A DNA stretch of 36,087 nucleotides from Deltaproteobacteria bacterium (lineage in GTDB: Bacteria > Desulfobacterota > Desulfobulbia > Desulfobulbales > SURF-16), in assembly GCA_016219175.1 (NCBI GenBank), contig JACRCD010000097.1, forward strand, positions 1 to 36,087. Reading direction: 5' to 3'. The position numbers were made by a program, and so were the translations under genes. The notes below the pieces were generated by a model. That model made no database searches, was not told where the DNA came from, and saw nothing but the letters and a program-made list of their open reading frames with translations. Numbering within the stretch: the stretch's first letter is position 1; every line of letters starts with the position of its first letter. Positions 33,651 to 36,087 of this stretch are shown piece after piece.

Positions 33651-35342
33651 TCAGTGGTTAATCCAATTGCTTTTTGCCTCAAGCTGAGGATCGGATCCCT
33701 TGGTGAGTTGCACGACATAGCAGCCTTTCGAGGCATAGCGCTGGGCCGGGCCAAAGCTCAGATTGGGATAGACGGGGATCGTATAGTTCTGATCAATCAT
33801 CATATCAACGCCCTCCATGAAACGTTCCCGATAAAAATCACGGCGCATGTATGTCAGAACCCCCGTGAGTGCTCTGCCCAGGAAGAATACTTTCCCCTGG
33901 AGCACTATATCGGTTAACGGTAATTTTTTGATTTTCAACCAGGATTGCAAGGCAAGCTTCTTTCTTGCTCCATCCTGGGGGAGGTCATAAGGATAGGTAA
34001 TGTAGATGAAATCCCGCATTGACTCGGGTAAAGCGGACAAGGCTTTATCCTGCTGACTCGACGAAACAAACACCATCCGCGGCCGGCCAGGGGTATCGGC
34101 CAGTTTGTCGATGGCTGCCAGATCCGACGGTTTCAGCCACAGCAGGACAATATCCGCGTGAAACTCATCGACCAGCTGTTTCCAGAAGTCGCTGCCTAGA
34201 GCCTCTTGGGGCTGCAGCATCTTGTTTGCCGGTTCTCCCTGCCCAAGCAGCTTCCAGGTATCCTGAAAACCGTTTGCCAGATAGCGGCCTTCCACATCAT
34301 CCCGGAAAACCTGCAGGACTTTAACCGGCTTGAAATCAGCTGTTCCCCGCAGATAACGGGCCGCTGTCTCCCCTTCCTGATAGAGTCCCTTGGAAAAATA
34401 CTGGGTGTACCAGTCCGTATCTGAAATAACCGGAAAATCCGTGAGAGGAAAAAGGCAGGGAATTCTATGTTTTTCGCAAAAATCATGGATGGGTTTCCAT
34501 TCCCTGGTGGATATGCCCCCCACAAAACCGAAAACCGGTTCCTTTTTATAATACTCCTCCAGCTGATCCCCCCACGTCGCGGGTTCCCCGTGCAATTCCC
34601 ATTTTTTCAGCTCTACCCGCCGATAGGCGGTATAGAATTCAAGTTTGTAAAAAACTCCTTCCTTGGCCCGTTCTTCCTGGTGTCTTGACTGGACATTCTT
34701 ATCACGGATATAGGCATCCAGAAAACTCATCACAGCCTCCCGCGTCTCTGCCGGCACCTCATCGGTGATTACCGTGGCAAACTTTATGGTTGTCTCGTCA
34801 ACCCCTGGGGAAAAATCGGCGGAAAGATGTTTCAGATAATAGATCATGACCTCCATGTCCTTCTCATTCAGGGAATAGCGCGGCATCACCTGATCAAGTT
34901 CCCGCCCTGCCGGGTCAAGCCCCCAAAGCAATGCCGCGGCAAGGGTTTCATCGCTGTAGGCCGGGCGCAGATAATCTTTTTGAAATTGCTCGGCAAACTC
35001 CTTGCGCATCGGCCGGATCACTTCCGATCCCATGGGATAGTCCCGGTACAGATCGGCGCCGTTGGTCGGCAGGGTGATAACACTTCCTTCCACCGAACCG
35101 AGTCCGCTGCGCAAATGGCAGGATTCGCAGGTAAACATGGCGCCATCCACCGGAATATCCTTCTGAACGATGGCCTCCATCGCCTCACCGGATGGCAGCA
35201 GTCCCTGACGATACATCCGCTCGCCCAGGCGCAGGGCCTCTTCAACAGGATAACCCGCTATGGTTTGGGGCGGATCGCCGGCAAAAGAGTCCGCCGGAAG
35301 CAAAAATAACATCAGCCATAGGCAAAAAATGATTCTTGTCAT
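33651..35342 (-). CDS. Periplasmic fusion protein: N-terminal mono-haem cytochrome c-like domain (CESCH) plus a C-terminal type-1 periplasmic solute-binding-like domain
   Basis: Signal peptide MTRIIFCLWLMLFLLPADSFA with an AAGGGAG SD. A single CxxCH (FTCESCHLRSG) lies ~70 aa from the N-terminus. The remaining ~430 aa resemble LivK-type PBP1 proteins by spacing, but I am unsure of the family. Confidence 0.5.
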   Translation of the reverse strand: MTRIIFCLWLMLFLLPADSFAGDPPQTIAGYPVEEALRLGERMYRQGLLPSGEAMEAIVQKDIPVDGAMFTCESCHLRSGLGSVEGSVITLPTNGADLYRDYPMGSEVIRPMRKEFAEQFQKDYLRPAYSDETLAAALLWGLDPAGRELDQVMPRYSLNEKDMEVMIYYLKHLSADFSPGVDETTIKFATVITDEVPAETREAVMSFLDAYIRDKNVQSRHQEERAKEGVFYKLEFYTAYRRVELKKWELHGEPATWGDQLEEYYKKEPVFGFVGGISTREWKPIHDFCEKHRIPCLFPLTDFPVISDTDWYTQYFSKGLYQEGETAARYLRGTADFKPVKVLQVFRDDVEGRYLANGFQDTWKLLGQGEPANKMLQPQEALGSDFWKQLVDEFHADIVLLWLKPSDLAAIDKLADTPGRPRMVFVSSSQQDKALSALPESMRDFIYITYPYDLPQDGARKKLALQSWLKIKKLPLTDIVLQGKVFFLGRALTGVLTYMRRDFYRERFMEGVDMMIDQNYTIPVYPNLSFGPAQRYASKGCYVVQLTKGSDPQLEAKSNWINH

Positions 35343-35353
35343 CTGGAGCTCCC

Positions 35354-35950
35354 TTATGGTTTACTCATTTCTTTCTGGAGATTGCCGTATTCCGCCATCA
35401 AATCCGCCGTACTGATCATGCCGTAGATCCGCACCCACTTATCACTGCCTGGCATACAGAGAAACGTCACGGGAAAATGATTCATCTTGTTCGGCACAAA
35501 GGCGTCAAAGGCGCGCATGACAGTTTCTATGTCCTTGCGGGTGCCGGTCAGGAAATCCCAACCCGGTTTGGCCCGGTACCTGTCGAGATAGTCGCGCATC
35601 ACCTCGGGTGTGTCATATTCAGGATCAATGGATACGGAGACAAATTGCACCTTTGCGGCATCAGGACCAAGCTTATTCTGCATATTGGAAAAACCGGCGG
35701 ACAAAACCGGGCAGATGGTGGTGCAGGTTCCATAGATAAAATCAAGCAGCACGGGCTTGCCCGCCTTGAGGAGTTGCCGCAGCTTCACCTCTTTCCTTTC
35801 CTGATTGATCAAGGTCACATCTGGAATGGTATACTGGACCACGGAGCGCTCATAACGTTTTTCTCCGGCCTGACTTGGGTAAGGGACCAGCAGGAGCATA
35901 CAGAGCACCCCAAGTAAGCAACAATGCTTCATAATTCTCTGGATAAACAT
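35354..35950 (-). CDS. SCO1/SenC family thioredoxin-fold copper chaperone
   Basis: LLDFIYGTCTTICPV (CxxxC) and a downstream ...H... are conserved Sco features. The ORF track starts at GTG 35998. The ATG at 35948-35950 (MFIQRIMKHCCLLGVLCMLLLV signal) has an AAGG SD. Confidence 0.7.
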   Translation of the reverse strand: MFIQRIMKHCCLLGVLCMLLLVPYPSQAGEKRYERSVVQYTIPDVTLINQERKEVKLRQLLKAGKPVLLDFIYGTCTTICPVLSAGFSNMQNKLGPDAAKVQFVSVSIDPEYDTPEVMRDYLDRYRAKPGWDFLTGTRKDIETVMRAFDAFVPNKMNHFPVTFLCMPGSDKWVRIYGMISTADLMAEYGNLQKEMSKP

Positions 35951-36087
35951 AAAACACCTTTTCCCATAACTACCGTTAAAAATTTTTGTGATTACCACTA
36001 AGTTTCAGTTTTTTAACTGGTAGGACGCTATTTGTCCTATCTGCCATGGCATACTCCTTCAAAAAACATTCATTTAATTGAAGGAGA

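Overview
This ~36 kb window looks like ordinary chromosomal DNA from an anaerobic, probably sulfate- or sulfite-reducing Desulfobacterota-type bacterium. The taxonomic guess rests on a dsrC gene ending in the diagnostic ...PKPTGCV tail, a cytoplasmic group-3b-type [NiFe] hydrogenase operon, and a PAS sensor with the Cys-rich tail common in that group. I can support about 36 protein-coding genes on both strands: the thiC 3' end, an HhH-GPD glycosylase, an SPFH-SHOCT protein, a zf-TFIIB protein and a PAS sensor. There are also two M24 peptidases, a secreted ADAM-like metalloprotease with TSP3 and FG-GAP repeats, hydBGDA hydrogenase genes, an ATP-grasp ligase coupled to a small zinc-ribbon protein, dsrC, a dynamin-like GTPase, and a lemA-TPM-TPM operon. 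The rest are a DUF2156/FemAB-like transferase divergent from an ICMT-like methyltransferase fusion, lgt, a tandem M16 peptidase, rpe, and a cytochrome c/solute-binding fusion with SCO1/SenC. I found no rRNA, tRNA, CRISPR array, transposase or integrase. The most unusual locus is a minus-strand four-gene operon (28364-32609). It encodes three tandem LpoB/FlgO-fold periplasmic paralogs and then a single-pass membrane protein. That membrane protein has an extremely acidic N-terminal half carrying seven or eight tandem copies of an L-D-Q-x-N-I-D-A-L-L-G-G motif. The motif closely resembles the CheY-P-docking peptide of FliM/FliN (LSQxEIDALL). The repeat array is followed by a TM helix and Ig-like periplasmic domains. 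I could not find this architecture among systems I know. Secondary candidates are the translationally coupled Zn-ribbon peptide/RimK-like ATP-grasp pair with its own sigma70-like promoter, and a palindromic operator-like site in front of the hydrogenase operon. The six-frame ORF track uses GTG/TTG as starts, so I corrected several starts to the downstream ATG with a Shine-Dalgarno. All functional calls come from motif and family recognition by eye. No database search was run.
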